Source: Nitrosopumilaceae archaeon
Lineage (GTDB): Archaea; Thermoproteota; Nitrososphaeria; Nitrososphaerales; Nitrosopumilaceae
Length of the DNA stretch: 64,000 nucleotides
Reading direction: 5' to 3'
NCBI GenBank assembly: GCA_965200155.1
Contig: CBDATR010000024.1
Location: forward strand, 224,001 to 288,000
Below, piece by piece: positions 1 through 10,946 of this stretch. The translations under genes were made by a program, and so were the position numbers. Within the stretch, counting starts at the first letter, position 1. The number at the start of each line of letters is the position of its first letter. The notes below the pieces were generated by a model. The model saw nothing but the letters and a program-made list of their open reading frames with translations, was not told the DNA's origin and made no database searches.

Positions 1-1366
1 CAACCAGCGCTGCCGTAGTAGAGAGCATCTCCCGCATTCCGGGCCCACCCCGGGGCCCCTCATACCGTATTACCACTACATCACCCTCGTTTATCTCCCC
101 CCTCGAGACACTCTGGAAGGCTAGCTCCTCGCGATCAAATACCCTAGCCACACCTGTAAACTCGGTCATCTCTACACCCGCGGTCTTTATGACTGCACCC
201 TCCGGCGCTAAGCTGCCGTACAGTATGACGGCGGTTCCCTCATCATGTATGGGACTATTTATGTCCCGGAGTATGCACTGCTCGGAGGGCGGGGCTTGCG
301 CGGATTCCACATTCCCTGAAATAGTATTCCCGGATACTGTTATACAGTCACCGTGAAGTAGTCCGTGTCGCAACAGCATCCTCATTACGACAGGGATACC
401 GCCTATCCGGTCTAGGGCATTCATTACGTAGTTGCCCCCGGGCTTCATGTCGGCGATGTGGGGGGTTCTCTTGCGTATGCGCTCAAAGTCCCCATAGTCC
501 AGGCTTATTCCGGTCTCGCCTGCCAGCGCCAGTATGTGCAGTATACCGTTGGTAGAGCCCCCCAGAGCGTTAAGTATGGTTATGGCATTCTCAAATGCCT
601 CAAATGTCAGTATGTCTGAGGGTCGTATACCGGTCTCCAGCAGACTCACACAGGCCGCACCACTCTTGTATACCATATCCTGGCGCCGGGGATCCTCCGC
701 GGGAGGACTGGCGTTACCGGGCATTGCCAGCCCGATGGCCTCCGATATTGATGCCATGGTATTGGCGGTAAACATGCCACCACAGGATCCGGCGCTGGGA
801 CAGGCAGCATTCTCTATGTCGCTGAGGCTCTCCAGGCTTATCTTTCCCGCATCATATGCACCCACGGCCTCGTATACATCCACTACCGTAAGCTCCCGGC
901 CATCCAGTATACCGGGCATTATGGTTCCCCCATACACAAAGACTGAGGGTACATCCAGCCGGGCCATGGCCATCATTGTTCCGGGCAAACTTTTGTCACA
1001 ACCGGCCAGTCCCACTAGGGCATCATACTGGTGGGCGCGCACCATAAGCTCTATGGAATCTGCTATCACCTCCCGGGACACCAGCGATGACTTCATGCCT
1101 TCATGACCCATAGCGATTCCGTCGCTTACGGCAATAGTACCAAACTCCCGGGGTGTCGCACCCGCATCCAGGACCCCCTTCCTGGCAGACTTGGCCAAGT
1201 CAGGTAGGTGTATGTTGCACGGTGTGGCCTCATTGCCTGCATGGGATATTCCTATCATGTGTCTTGAGAGATCCTCGTCATTGAGCCCCATGGCCTTGTA
1301 CATGGCACGGTGCGGAGCCCGGGACGGGCCATCCAGCACGTTCCTGCTGGATATGCCCTCCTGCAT
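1..1366 (-). CDS. ilvD: dihydroxy-acid dehydratase, 3' end runs off the window
   Basis: Manual translation from ATG at 1366 gives MQEGISSRNVLDGPSRAPHRAMYKAMGL..., with motifs EATPCNIH, SDGIAMGHEGM, GCDKSLPG and GGMFTANTM. Absent from the ORF track because it has no stop in the window. Confidence 0.95.
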   Translation of the reverse strand, partial: MQEGISSRNVLDGPSRAPHRAMYKAMGLNDEDLSRHMIGISHAGNEATPCNIHLPDLAKSARKGVLDAGATPREFGTIAVSDGIAMGHEGMKSSLVSREVIADSIELMVRAHQYDALVGLAGCDKSLPGTMMAMARLDVPSVFVYGGTIMPGILDGRELTVVDVYEAVGAYDAGKISLESLSDIENAACPSAGSCGGMFTANTMASISEAIGLAMPGNASPPAEDPRRQDMVYKSGAACVSLLETGIRPSDILTFEAFENAITILNALGGSTNGILHILALAGETGISLDYGDFERIRKRTPHIADMKPGGNYVMNALDRIGGIPVVMRMLLRHGLLHGDCITVSGNTISGNVESAQAPPSEQCILRDINSPIHDEGTAVILYGSLAPEGAVIKTAGVEMTEFTGVARVFDREELAFQSVSRGEINEGDVVVIRYEGPRGGPGMREMLSTTAALV

Positions 1367-1369
1367 GTA

Positions 1370-1969
1370 TTAGCGCACCAGTTCCTGCCGATCCAGCTCG
1401 TCCAGCAGCTCAGAGATATCGTCCGCAGACTCGTCCCCGTAAGTTATCAGTATACGATCATCTTCCATGGGTACGTAGGTTCGTATGTCGTTTACCTCCT
1501 CCCGGTTTATGAAGAATCGCAGCTCGTAATCATCATTGGTACAGAATTCGCGTCCGCTGGGAAAGACATAACATTGATCCGTAAGACCGATATCCAGCGA
1601 CTTGAAGAGTGAGTCCAGCGTTACACCTGTGGCGTGCCGGTGTATGGTAGTACCGTCAAGGTTCTCAAAATGTATCCACGGTGACTGGATTTGATATCCC
1701 TCCTCGTGGAAGGGGAAGGTATCCCCAAATATCTTTACCAGTATTCCCGTGTGGGCGTGATCACTGTTCATTGCCCCGGCTCCAAAGGGAGCTCCGCCTA
1801 TATCCTCGGGGTCTATATTGACAAAGGACCAAGCGGACCAAGCAACTATGGCCCCTATGGCACCCAATACGGCTATGGCTATCATGGTGTGTTTTCGTTT
1901 CTCTGCAGTATGCTTTGCGGCATAGCTTTCACGCTTCTGCTCCCGCTCACGCCTCTCCTTGCGCCCCAT
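1370..1969 (-). CDS. conserved thaumarchaeal single-pass membrane protein
   Basis: 199 aa; basic N-terminus, one TM helix, His-rich HAH/IHF/IHRH soluble domain; directly upstream of ilvD. Confidence 0.75.
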   Translation of the reverse strand: MGRKERREREQKRESYAAKHTAEKRKHTMIAIAVLGAIGAIVAWSAWSFVNIDPEDIGGAPFGAGAMNSDHAHTGILVKIFGDTFPFHEEGYQIQSPWIHFENLDGTTIHRHATGVTLDSLFKSLDIGLTDQCYVFPSGREFCTNDDYELRFFINREEVNDIRTYVPMEDDRILITYGDESADDISELLDELDRQELVR

Positions 1970-2024
1970 TCTGTAATGGTATGGTGACCATACGGGCCTA
2001 ATTAAGCTAATGGATTGATCACGC

Positions 2025-2198
2025 GTAACCGTTTAGGTCACCCCTTTGTACTTCATTTCCTTGGACTTCCTGTTCTGGATAACCGGACCTAGACGAACGT
2101 ATTTGAAAACAGGTCAGTATTCCGTTATCACAATTACTCCCACAAGATCGTACCCAGACTTGTAATTTGTTGTTCTTTTACGCAACCTAAATGGTTAC
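2025..2198. mobile_element. MITE family 2 (IS66-type ends GTAACCGTTTAGGTC)
   Basis: TIRs GTAACCGTTTAGGT / ACCTAAATGGTTAC; flanks TGATCACGC / TGACCACGC (1 mismatch). Confidence 0.8.
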
Positions 2199-2312
2199 TG
2201 ACCACGCCCAACCATACCTGTACTGTGGGCTGGAAAAGAATGACAGAACTCCAGTATAATCCACAGATACCCAGTGGCAATCAAATAAATAAAAACCGAC
2301 AACCCTCTGCAT

Positions 2313-2729
2313 ATGGAGTGCGTCTTTTGTGAGATCGTGAAAAAAAGACGCGACGCATATATCATATATGAGGATGAGTATCACCTGTCCTTTCTTGACC
2401 GGTACCCCGTGGTACGCGGGCACACACTGGTGATACCAAAAGAGCATCATGATACAATTAACCACATGAAGCGGGAATCTGTGGGGGAACTATTCTCGCT
2501 GGTGCCGCTTATAGCCTCGGCCGTACTGGAAGCGACGGGAACTGCCGACTATAACGTGGGCCAGAACAACGGACATGCCGCCAAACAGGTGGTGCCCCAC
2601 GTACATGTCCACATAATACCGCGCCGCCCCCATGATCATATAAACTGGTCCTCCCGCCTGCTGCCGTCACGGGAAGAGTTTCAAGAATTAGCCCATTGTT
2701 TACGAAGTATCATGTCATCCCGGTCTTGA
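2313..2729 (+). CDS. HIT family hydrolase
   Basis: CVFC N-terminus, HTLVIPK, histidine triad HVHVHII. Confidence 0.93.
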   Translation: MECVFCEIVKKRRDAYIIYEDEYHLSFLDRYPVVRGHTLVIPKEHHDTINHMKRESVGELFSLVPLIASAVLEATGTADYNVGQNNGHAAKQVVPHVHVHIIPRRPHDHINWSSRLLPSREEFQELAHCLRSIMSSRS

Positions 2730-3507
2730 GTGCACGGACAAAGGACTCCACGTTGGACTCCATGTCGTCGAACCGGGACTTTTCCATTACATTCAGGATG
2801 GCGCTGCCCACTATGACCGCGTCCGCACCCGCATCCACGTATCTGCGAGCATCCTGGGCCCCGCTTATGCCAAAACCTATGCCCACCGGTATGTTACCGG
2901 TTACGCTCTTTATCCTGTCCAGTGCCCGTACGGCATAATCCTGCACACCGGTACGGGCTCCGGTGGTACCATATACCGCAACCATGTACAGGAATCCCGT
3001 AGTGATTCTGGCGATACGAGCAACCCGTTCTGTCTGGGTATTGGGGGAGACCAGGAATATTGTATCAACACCGTGGCGGCGTGCAGATTCCACATAGGAA
3101 TGTGACTCTTCCGGGGGCATGTCCGGCAGTATGATGCCATCTACGCCATTAGTCGCGGCGCCAGAAGCGAATGCCTCATATCCCATACTGTACGCTATAT
3201 TAGAATATGTCATGGTAACAAGGGGTACATCGGTGAAGGCCCGTATACGGGATACCATATCATAATAGGAGGATATATCCATACCATTCCCCAGTGAGAC
3301 ATCGGCTGCCTCCTGTATGGCTGGCCCATCGGCCAGTGGATCCGAGAAGGGAAATCCCATCTCTATTATATCTGCGCCGCCCTTTACCAACCCCCTTACG
3401 GCAGATATGGTGGACTGGTTATCGGGATAGCCTGCCATGACATATGCTATAAGGGCCTTCTTTCCGGATACGGAGAGGGTATCGCTAATTCTTCCCATGA
3501 TTATCAT
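2710..3507 (-). CDS. trpA: tryptophan synthase alpha chain
   Basis: [34 protein letters not shown]. Confidence 0.97.
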   Translation of the reverse strand: MIIMGRISDTLSVSGKKALIAYVMAGYPDNQSTISAVRGLVKGGADIIEMGFPFSDPLADGPAIQEAADVSLGNGMDISSYYDMVSRIRAFTDVPLVTMTYSNIAYSMGYEAFASGAATNGVDGIILPDMPPEESHSYVESARRHGVDTIFLVSPNTQTERVARIARITTGFLYMVAVYGTTGARTGVQDYAVRALDRIKSVTGNIPVGIGFGISGAQDARRYVDAGADAVIVGSAILNVMEKSRFDDMESNVESFVRALKTGMT

Positions 3508-4648
3508 ACTTCCGTACTATATCCATATCCTTGTCTCCCCTACCAGAGAGAGTCACCACTACATTCTGACTGGAATCCATGGTAGCAGCTATCTTTGTCG
3601 CCACGGCCAATGCATGAGCTGACTCCAAGGCAGGTATTATTCCCTCGGTACGGCATAACATGTGGAACGCTTGAATAGTCTCCTCATCATTGGCTGTAGT
3701 ATATTGTACCCTTCCGGTATCCTTGTAGTGCGCGTGTTCCGGACCAACTCCCGGGTAGTCAAGACCCGCAGAGATAGAGTGTGTCTGAGATATCTGACCC
3801 GCATCATCCTGCATGAGATAAGTCATCATTCCGTGCAGTATGCCCGGTCTGCCGGCACTCAGGGGTGCAGAGTGCAACCCCGTATGGATACCCCCTCCGG
3901 CCGCCTCCACACCGACTAGCCTGGATCCTGTATGTATTAGTGGACGGAATGTGCCTATGGCGTTTGATCCTCCACCCACACAGGCTACCGCGCAGTCCGG
4001 CGAGCCCAGCTGGTTCAGAATCTCCCTTCCAATTACACTCTGAAAGTCCCTTACCATTACAGGATATGGATGCGGACCCACGGCGGATCCCAGCAAGTAG
4101 TACGTGTCCTTGACGTTGGTAATCCAGTCCCGGATGGCCTCGTTAATGGCGTCCTTGAGTGTCTTTGATCCGGACTCGACCGGTATGACACGAGCGCCAA
4201 GCAGTTCCATCCGATACACATTGAGCTTCTGTCGAATGGTATCCTCACTGCCCATGTACACAACAACCTTCATGCCCAGGGCCGCACAGGCCATGGCGCA
4301 GGATACACCGTGCTGGCCAGCACCGGTCTCCGCGATTATTCTTGACTTACCCATGTGCCTTGCCAGTAATGCCTGACCCAGGGCATTGTTTATCTTGTGG
4401 GCACCACCATGACACAAATCCTCCCGTTTAAGGTATATGTGTGCCCCTCCTACCTCCCTAGAGAGGTTCCTGGCCAGGTACAGGGGCGTGGGCCTGCCAG
4501 CAAACTCTCGCAAGTATGTATCAAGCTCGCCCCGGAAGGCGCCATCATGTAATAGTCGCTTGTACTCATGAGTCAGTTCCTGTACTGCGGGCACCAGCGT
4601 CTCCGGTATATAGCTGCCACCATACATGCCAAATCTCCCATCAGTCAT
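3485..4648 (-). CDS. trpB: tryptophan synthase beta chain
   Basis: [45 protein letters not shown]. Confidence 0.98.
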   Translation of the reverse strand: MTDGRFGMYGGSYIPETLVPAVQELTHEYKRLLHDGAFRGELDTYLREFAGRPTPLYLARNLSREVGGAHIYLKREDLCHGGAHKINNALGQALLARHMGKSRIIAETGAGQHGVSCAMACAALGMKVVVYMGSEDTIRQKLNVYRMELLGARVIPVESGSKTLKDAINEAIRDWITNVKDTYYLLGSAVGPHPYPVMVRDFQSVIGREILNQLGSPDCAVACVGGGSNAIGTFRPLIHTGSRLVGVEAAGGGIHTGLHSAPLSAGRPGILHGMMTYLMQDDAGQISQTHSISAGLDYPGVGPEHAHYKDTGRVQYTTANDEETIQAFHMLCRTEGIIPALESAHALAVATKIAATMDSSQNVVVTLSGRGDKDMDIVRKYDNHGKN

Positions 4649-5415
4649 AACGCATTCACCAGTTCATCCACACTTCCTTTAATGTTGTCCTTTGCCATAA
4701 TGCTACTGCCCACAAGAAAGGCCCGGGCCCCACACTCCCATAGGCGCCGTATGTCATGCGGCGTTGATATACCGCTCTCTGATATAATGATACGGGCATC
4801 CCCGTATCCTGTCAGTACCTCACATGTTGTATCAAGGGATATCTCCAGGGTATCAAGATTGCGGTTGTTAACACCGATTATGTCACATCCAGTGAACAGT
4901 GCCCTATCCAGCTCCGCCCTACTATGTACCTCCAGCAATACCTGTATGCCGTATTGATGTGCTGCATCTATGAACTGGTCCATATTCGTGGCATAGCCTG
5001 CATCAAAGACTGCCTGTATCAGCAGTATGCAGTCTGCCCCCATCCTGTGCGCCGCATGTACCTGTGCATGATCCACAATGATATCTTTCATAAGAACAGG
5101 GACCGGCACCTCCCGGCGCACTCTCATTAAATATTCCGGCGAGCCACCAAACATGTATGGTTGCGTAAGTACCGACAGGGCGGCAGCGCCACCGGCAACC
5201 ATGGCCCCAGCCACCGTCTCCGGCTCTATCATGTCATGTATGATACCCCGTGACGGCGAAGCAAATTTCACTTCAGATATGATGGGCACAGTCCTGCCTC
5301 GCAGGGCCCCCACAAAATCGCGGCCCCCCGGCACAGATTCCTGTATGTTGTATGTACCCTCCCCGATGGCACGGCGAGAGTTGTCCGCAAGTTGGCGAAG
5401 AATACCGCCTCTCAT
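4645..5415 (-). CDS. trpC: indole-3-glycerol phosphate synthase
   Basis: [27 protein letters not shown]. Confidence 0.97.
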   Translation of the reverse strand: MRGGILRQLADNSRRAIGEGTYNIQESVPGGRDFVGALRGRTVPIISEVKFASPSRGIIHDMIEPETVAGAMVAGGAAALSVLTQPYMFGGSPEYLMRVRREVPVPVLMKDIIVDHAQVHAAHRMGADCILLIQAVFDAGYATNMDQFIDAAHQYGIQVLLEVHSRAELDRALFTGCDIIGVNNRNLDTLEISLDTTCEVLTGYGDARIIISESGISTPHDIRRLWECGARAFLVGSSIMAKDNIKGSVDELVNAL

Positions 5416-6449
5416 GTCAGATTCTCCAATATACTGATATCACCCATATCCCGGACAAAATTTGACAGTGTCTTTTGCGCTTTTCCGGACATTATAATCT
5501 CCATGCTCGTCTCAAAACCATCCCCCATACTGTCTGTATGTCCCGCAACCACCAGCGCTCCCGCGGCATTCATTGCGGTAGTATGGATTATGGGAGCCTT
5601 GGCGGTACCGGATACGGCCCCCACAAAGGCTGCCATTGCTTCCTGCTCATCTTTTACACAAATGTCTTGTAGAGTTGCGCGCCCTATCGACAGGTCTTCG
5701 GGTAGTATACTCTGCCGGGTATGGCAACCATCCCTGTACAGCACGATATGGTTAGACGATGTGGGAGAGAGTTCATCCAGCCCATCACCGGAGACCACGC
5801 TCATGTTGCATTTGGATCCCCTCCTCTCCAATATTCTGGGTATGCGGCTCAGCATATGAATAGGCACCCCCACCAGCTGGCGCCTCACACCGGCCGGATT
5901 GCACAGGGGGCCCAGCAAGTTGAATATGCTTCTGCGACCCAGCAGGCGACGGGCCCCGGCGGCATGTCGTACTGCAGGGTGATACCTTGGCGCAAACATA
6001 AAGCAGATATTGTGACGGCCCAGCGCCCCGGCCACGTCCTCCGGTTCTGCCATGATATCGCACCCCAGCATCTTGAATATGCCCGCGCTCCCCACACCTC
6101 CGGAGCTGGAGTGATTCCCGTGCTTTGCCACGCGAACACCTGCTGCCGCGGCCACAAAGGATGCCGCGGTGGATATATTAAAAGTACGCTTTCCGTCACC
6201 GCCGGTTCCGCACATGTCCAGTACATCATTGTAGTTGTGCATTACCGGTATCATCATCTCTGTCATGACATCCAGCATACCTTCTATCTCCTCGTCGGTC
6301 TCGCCCCTGTTGGCCAACATTTCCAGTATGTGAACCTTGGATTCGTCGGTACCGTCACCGGACATCATGTATCTCATTATGACTGCGGCCCCGCGGGAGT
6401 CCAGGCTTTCACCGCGCCCAATTGTTTGAATGACATCCTGTACGTTCAC
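5412..6449 (-). CDS. trpD: anthranilate phosphoribosyltransferase
   Basis: DMCGTGGDG, FNIST, VAKHGN, FNLLGPLCNP. Confidence 0.97.
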   Translation of the reverse strand: MNVQDVIQTIGRGESLDSRGAAVIMRYMMSGDGTDESKVHILEMLANRGETDEEIEGMLDVMTEMMIPVMHNYNDVLDMCGTGGDGKRTFNISTAASFVAAAAGVRVAKHGNHSSSGGVGSAGIFKMLGCDIMAEPEDVAGALGRHNICFMFAPRYHPAVRHAAGARRLLGRRSIFNLLGPLCNPAGVRRQLVGVPIHMLSRIPRILERRGSKCNMSVVSGDGLDELSPTSSNHIVLYRDGCHTRQSILPEDLSIGRATLQDICVKDEQEAMAAFVGAVSGTAKAPIIHTTAMNAAGALVVAGHTDSMGDGFETSMEIIMSGKAQKTLSNFVRDMGDISILENLT

Positions 6450-7033
6450 CTTCTTGCCTCCTCCAAAAAGTTTGCAATCATACCCATTCCGTACTGAGTC
6501 ATTATGGATTCCGGGTGAAACTGTACCCCGAACACCGGGTGCCTGCTGTGTCGCACGGCCATAACCTCCCCGTCATCCTGCGCTGTGGCATTTATTGTCA
6601 GACATGCGGGGATAGTGCTCTTCTCGCCAACCAAGCTGTGATACCGTGTGGCGCGCAAAGGCGTGGGCAGGTTGGCAAATATGCCGGTCCCGTCATGTTC
6701 CACAAGACTGGTCTTGCCATGCAGTATGTGGCCGGCGTTAGTCACCCGGCCACCATACGCCTCCACTATTCCCTGGTGGCCAAGGCAGACGCCCAGTATG
6801 GGAGTGGTTTGGGACATCTCCTTTATGACTGAGGAGCAGGCACCAAAGTATCTTGTATTCGACGGAGTGCCGGGGCCGGGCGATATTATGATGCCATCAT
6901 ATCCGGATCTGCGTATTATGTCAGGCGATACCGCATCATTCCGTAGTACATCACATGTGGCACCCAAGCTTCCCACGTATTGTGCTATATTATACACAAA
7001 GGAGTCATAGTTATCGATTAGAATAACTCTCAT
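6446..7033 (-). CDS. trpG: anthranilate synthase glutamine amidotransferase subunit
   Basis: IDNYDSF, SPGPG, GVCLGHQ, RYHSL, QFHPES. Confidence 0.97.
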   Translation of the reverse strand: MRVILIDNYDSFVYNIAQYVGSLGATCDVLRNDAVSPDIIRRSGYDGIIISPGPGTPSNTRYFGACSSVIKEMSQTTPILGVCLGHQGIVEAYGGRVTNAGHILHGKTSLVEHDGTGIFANLPTPLRATRYHSLVGEKSTIPACLTINATAQDDGEVMAVRHSRHPVFGVQFHPESIMTQYGMGMIANFLEEARR

Positions 7034-8376
7034 GAGCCATCATCTATTACCTGCAGCATGGCGCCAGCCTTCTCCTGTGTCTCCTCGAACTCCCTGGATG
7101 GTTGTGAGTCATGCACAATACCCGCGCCCGACTGCACAAAGCCGGTACCGCCTTCCAGGAATATGCTGCGTATGGTAATGGCAAAGTCGCAGCACCCGTT
7201 GGCCGAAAAGTATCCCACGGCACCGGCGTATGGTCCCCGGGCATGTGGTTCCAGCTCATCTATTATCTCCATGGCCCTGACCTTGGGGGCTCCGGAGACG
7301 GTTCCCGCCGGAAATATTGCCCGGAACGCGTCGAACATGTCTTGGGTATCATCCATCCTGCCCTCCACATGAGTAACCATATGCTGAACATGGCTAAATC
7401 GCTTCACTTCCATGAGCGAGAGGGGACGCACAGTTCCCGGTTTGCAGACCCGGCCTATGTCATTGCGACCCAGATCAACAAGCATGGTATGCTCTGCTAA
7501 TTCCTTGGGATCTGTCCTCAGATCCTCGGCCAGTTGTGTATCCTCATCATGGTTACCGGTTATGCGCCGGGTGCCTGCAATGGGGAATGTCTCTACCCTG
7601 TCGCCCGTTATTCGGACTAGCATCTCCGGCGATGCCCCTATTGCGGTACGTCCACTCATTCTCAAATGGAACATGTATGGTGAGGGATTGAGTTGTCGCA
7701 GGCGCGAGTATAGAATTATGGGATCTCCGGATGCGCTAAAAGAGAATCGCCTGGATAGTACCACCTGAAATATGTCTCCATCATATATGTACTCCTTGGC
7801 TTTATCCACCATACGGGAGAATGCCGCCTCATCCAGGTTGGAGTGAGGTGTCGTGGCCCGGAATGGCTCCCATTGCGCATCATCGCCATCCAGCATATGG
7901 GATCTATCCTCATCGTACCAAAAGTACACCATTCGGCCGGTATCCTTGTCATAAGCGATGCCATCATCATACAGTCCGAATTCAAAGAGCGGTTGTGGCA
8001 CGTGGTGCGACTGCGGTATCTTCTCTGTGAGTTGTACTGCATCATAGTTAACCATACCTACCGCACCACCCACGTACCGGTGCCCATCATACTCCCGATG
8101 CGGCATCATGTCCCTGAGTACGGCCATAGGGTCCTGCGTTTTTATCACATCGATGTGCTCTCCGGTCTGCAGCTCCACACGACCTGCATATCCTCGCACT
8201 ATACGGGGAGGATTAAATCCCATAACCGATGTTTGGGCCATCTCACCTAGCTCGGTGAGGGACTCGAATAGAAAGGAGTGTGGATACCTGACGCAGATAC
8301 GGCTGTAGAGATCAAATGGATCCGTGTAGTTGCGTATGAGAACTGTTCCCGGCGGATTGTCCCCAAATATGTCCAC
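7030..8376 (-). CDS. trpE: anthranilate synthase component I
   Basis: GDIFQVVLS, NPSPY, EHTMLVDLGRND, PAGTVSGAPK. Confidence 0.96.
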   Translation of the reverse strand: MDIFGDNPPGTVLIRNYTDPFDLYSRICVRYPHSFLFESLTELGEMAQTSVMGFNPPRIVRGYAGRVELQTGEHIDVIKTQDPMAVLRDMMPHREYDGHRYVGGAVGMVNYDAVQLTEKIPQSHHVPQPLFEFGLYDDGIAYDKDTGRMVYFWYDEDRSHMLDGDDAQWEPFRATTPHSNLDEAAFSRMVDKAKEYIYDGDIFQVVLSRRFSFSASGDPIILYSRLRQLNPSPYMFHLRMSGRTAIGASPEMLVRITGDRVETFPIAGTRRITGNHDEDTQLAEDLRTDPKELAEHTMLVDLGRNDIGRVCKPGTVRPLSLMEVKRFSHVQHMVTHVEGRMDDTQDMFDAFRAIFPAGTVSGAPKVRAMEIIDELEPHARGPYAGAVGYFSANGCCDFAITIRSIFLEGGTGFVQSGAGIVHDSQPSREFEETQEKAGAMLQVIDDGS

Positions 8377-8626
8377 CCATGAAACACAGGAGAGACACGG
8401 TTAATTTAAGTGGTTTCTTGGCAGGAAAATTTGTGGTATAACTCAGCCAAATTAAATAAAAATTGTATGACTGGATTCAGGCATCAATATGTGTGAATAT
8501 CTGTAATGACATTAGCCGACAACGCCATGTTCGGCGAGGTCTTACGTTTATGAACCGGAATCATAACACAAGGCCAAGGAGAGTACCCCCATGCAATCGT
8601 TCCCGGATAATGATTGTCGTCGTAAT

Positions 8627-8696
8627 ATAGTGGTCACAATAAGTCTTTGACATGTAAGACGGGGATGATATATGGCAAATGTATAGCGCCCACCAT
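8627..8696. mobile_element. two orphan copies of the IS5/tnpB-element terminal repeat; the second is cut by the IS481-like copy
   Basis: TATAGTGGTCACAATAAGTCTTTG and GTATAGCGCCCACCAT match element ends at 34716, 46783, 38204 and 48230. Confidence 0.6.
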
Positions 8697-9667
8697 TGTA
8701 ATGTATGAAAAGTCGGTCCGCTAGTCATTGGCATCCAGCTCCATCCATTTTGCATCATTTGCCCTAATTGTCTGGGTCGCCTTTTTATTCCTGAAGCGGC
8801 GTTTCGCCGTTATCTATCCAGTGAGAAGTGCAATCTTCTCTCATTGTAGTAGTCTAAATAATCCTGGAGACTGTCATAATGCCATATCTCATTGGACTCT
8901 TAAATAAGAGTCCCCTCGTCCTCAATCATTCCATGGAAGCGCTTCAGTTTGCCATTTGTCTGCGGGTGGTATGGTCTGGAATTGATTAGTATGATTCTTG
9001 ATCCAGCAGTTCTTCCTCGAATAGTGTTGGTTTCCAGTTCTTTTTGCCCTTTTATTGTCCTATGAAACACGCGCCGTTATACGAGATGCAGGGGCGCCGA
9101 ATCGTTTCATTGCCGATCTCAGTAGAGTGGCGTTCTCTGAGGTTGTATGCTAGAATAGTGCCGCCCCGACTATACACCTGGATGCATCATCTATGAGATT
9201 CAGTCCCTCCTGAAGCGCTCATCTTTCATGGCATGCCAGTGCCACATTGCATTGGAATATTTATGCTCATAGCGTACCCACTCTGACTTTGCAGGTGATG
9301 AGACTGCCGTACCGTTCTTTTTCATTATGCAATATACTGCGCGATATGTATCATGTCTCAGTCTCTTTGCAATACGTACTACTCCGGCTGGATCCTTGCT
9401 GTATGCTTCAGTTACCATTCGTATCTGGGTGGCGGTGATTGGTATCATAGGCCTGCCCATCTTGAGTCATTCCCGTCCTCTGGTTCACAATCTTCGTACG
9501 TGTCTTGTTTCAGGTCTTGAGCTATGTTGGTGGCGGCAACACCTCTTGTCTTGCTGAATCGCTTCGTGATTCTCTTGATTCCTCTGTTATTCTCTTTATC
9601 ATCTGGCAATGAAATAGTCAGCTACTGTACGCCGGATCCTAAGCGGACTTACTTTTCGTACTATTGA
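8697..9667 (-). mobile_element. IS481-like element copy 1, frameshifted transposase
   Basis: Imperfect TIRs GTACGAAAAGTAAGTCCGCT / GTATGAAAAGTCGGTCCGCT; integrase-core fragments (WVRYEHKYSNAMWH, DDASR, PYHPQTNGKL, YYNERRLH); near-identical copies at 21259, 28878 and 35925. Confidence 0.85.
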
Positions 9668-9707
9668 TTATAGTGCATATGAGTACACAAAACATGTGTT
9701 TTTAATA

Positions 9708-10001
9708 TTATAGCACGCGTTTATTATATTCTCCAAGTTTTTGTTTGTATATCCTGCTACGAGGTTTTTGGCGAACCCTGTAGTTACAACAGTTGCAGAA
9801 CCAGCCATTGGTATTCTTGATGACAGGGGTTCCGTCCTTTGTATGGCATCCTTGATTATCCATCCACATGTCACATATTTGACACCGTACCTGCCCGGAG
9901 CCATATCTGGTGGTTCCGTGAGGTTTTTTGACTTTGTAGCTTTTACAAACCCCTCTACAAACACCTTTCCGTACCTGCTCAATCATACCATACGTAGACA
10001 T
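9708..10001 (-). CDS. small Cys-rich (zinc-finger-like) thaumarchaeal protein
   Basis: CRGVC..RCQICD..FCNCCNYRVRQKPR. Confidence 0.75.
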   Translation of the reverse strand: MSTYGMIEQVRKGVCRGVCKSYKVKKPHGTTRYGSGQVRCQICDMWMDNQGCHTKDGTPVIKNTNGWFCNCCNYRVRQKPRSRIYKQKLGEYNKRVL

Positions 10002-10149
10002 AGCATGTATAAAAGAACTCCAAACATTGTCCGTGATTTTGCCCTGTTTTGGCGTCTACCCCCAAGTTTTTACAGATTATATTTCATGGCTTCACACACT
10101 AAATGGTGAAACCTGGCAGTTTGCCATCACACTTCTCATACAAGACGAC

Positions 10150-10340
10150 CATTGGGTGTGGAGGCCCGGCGCGGTGTTAACGTTTGCGTGAATTCCTGGT
10201 TATTTGGTGCAACTTAATCTATACCTAGTGAAACTTGTTACATGCCGTGATACCGGCCACCTACATGCCCTTGGCGGAGATTAGTGTCATCAGAATCTTG
10301 CTCTGTAATCTCACAACCATTGCGGGGTACTGGTGAATTT
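10150..10340 (-). pseudogene. highly decayed tnpB 3' remnant
   Basis: 10171-10203 resembles the HADINAA-coding segment at 34886-34920 (reads HANVNTA); boundaries approximate. Confidence 0.35.
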
Positions 10341-10529
10341 GAGCGACATTTGTGATTGGTGGGAGATGATTCTGTCATACAAAGTACAAATTCGCGGTGG
10401 GATACTAAATCTTGCAACCAATCTGATAACTCATTTTATGGCATGAATGTGTGCCTGAGTCTGGGACAACTTGGGCGATTACCTTTGCGCATGTATTTTT
10501 ATGTGACAATGATAATGTTGATTCATAAC

Positions 10530-10946
10530 ATGAGAGTGGAGCAGGAAGTGCGAGTAAGCGGTTCGCTTCAGTCGGTTTGGGATATAGTGTCCGATATTGA
10601 TTCGGAGCCAAAGTACTGGAAAGGGACCAAGAGTATTCGCAACATTACGCGAGATGGAAACAATATACATCGCGAAATTATCATAGCATTCAGAGACCAA
10701 AAATGTGTCCAGGAGGTAACCATACACCCGCAATCCAGTATAGAGTTCAGGTTTGTTCAGGGAATTATATCTGGCACCAAGAATGTGCTGTTGAGTGAGC
10801 GGGAAGGCAGTGTTGTAATAAGGGTGATCTGGGACATTAAACTTAGTGGGGTTATGGGTATGTTTGGAGGAATTATATCCGGCCACATAAAAAAAGGAAC
10901 ACTACAGGCTCTGAAGTCTATCAAACGTGAAGTGGAGTGCTTATAG
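10530..10946 (+). CDS. SRPBCC/polyketide cyclase-like protein
   Basis: VWDIVSDIDSEPKYW pattern; likely start ATG at 10530. Confidence 0.8.
   Translation: MRVEQEVRVSGSLQSVWDIVSDIDSEPKYWKGTKSIRNITRDGNNIHREIIIAFRDQKCVQEVTIHPQSSIEFRFVQGIISGTKNVLLSEREGSVVIRVIWDIKLSGVMGMFGGIISGHIKKGTLQALKSIKREVECL

Noticed and set aside
534-1106. Plus-strand ORFs over ilvD, trp and other core genes
   Set aside because: Antisense shadow ORFs of well-supported genes, with no recognisable motifs.
2710-8376. Absence of trpF from the trp operon as a novelty
   Set aside because: To my knowledge this layout is usual in Thaumarchaeota, and the gene could lie elsewhere.
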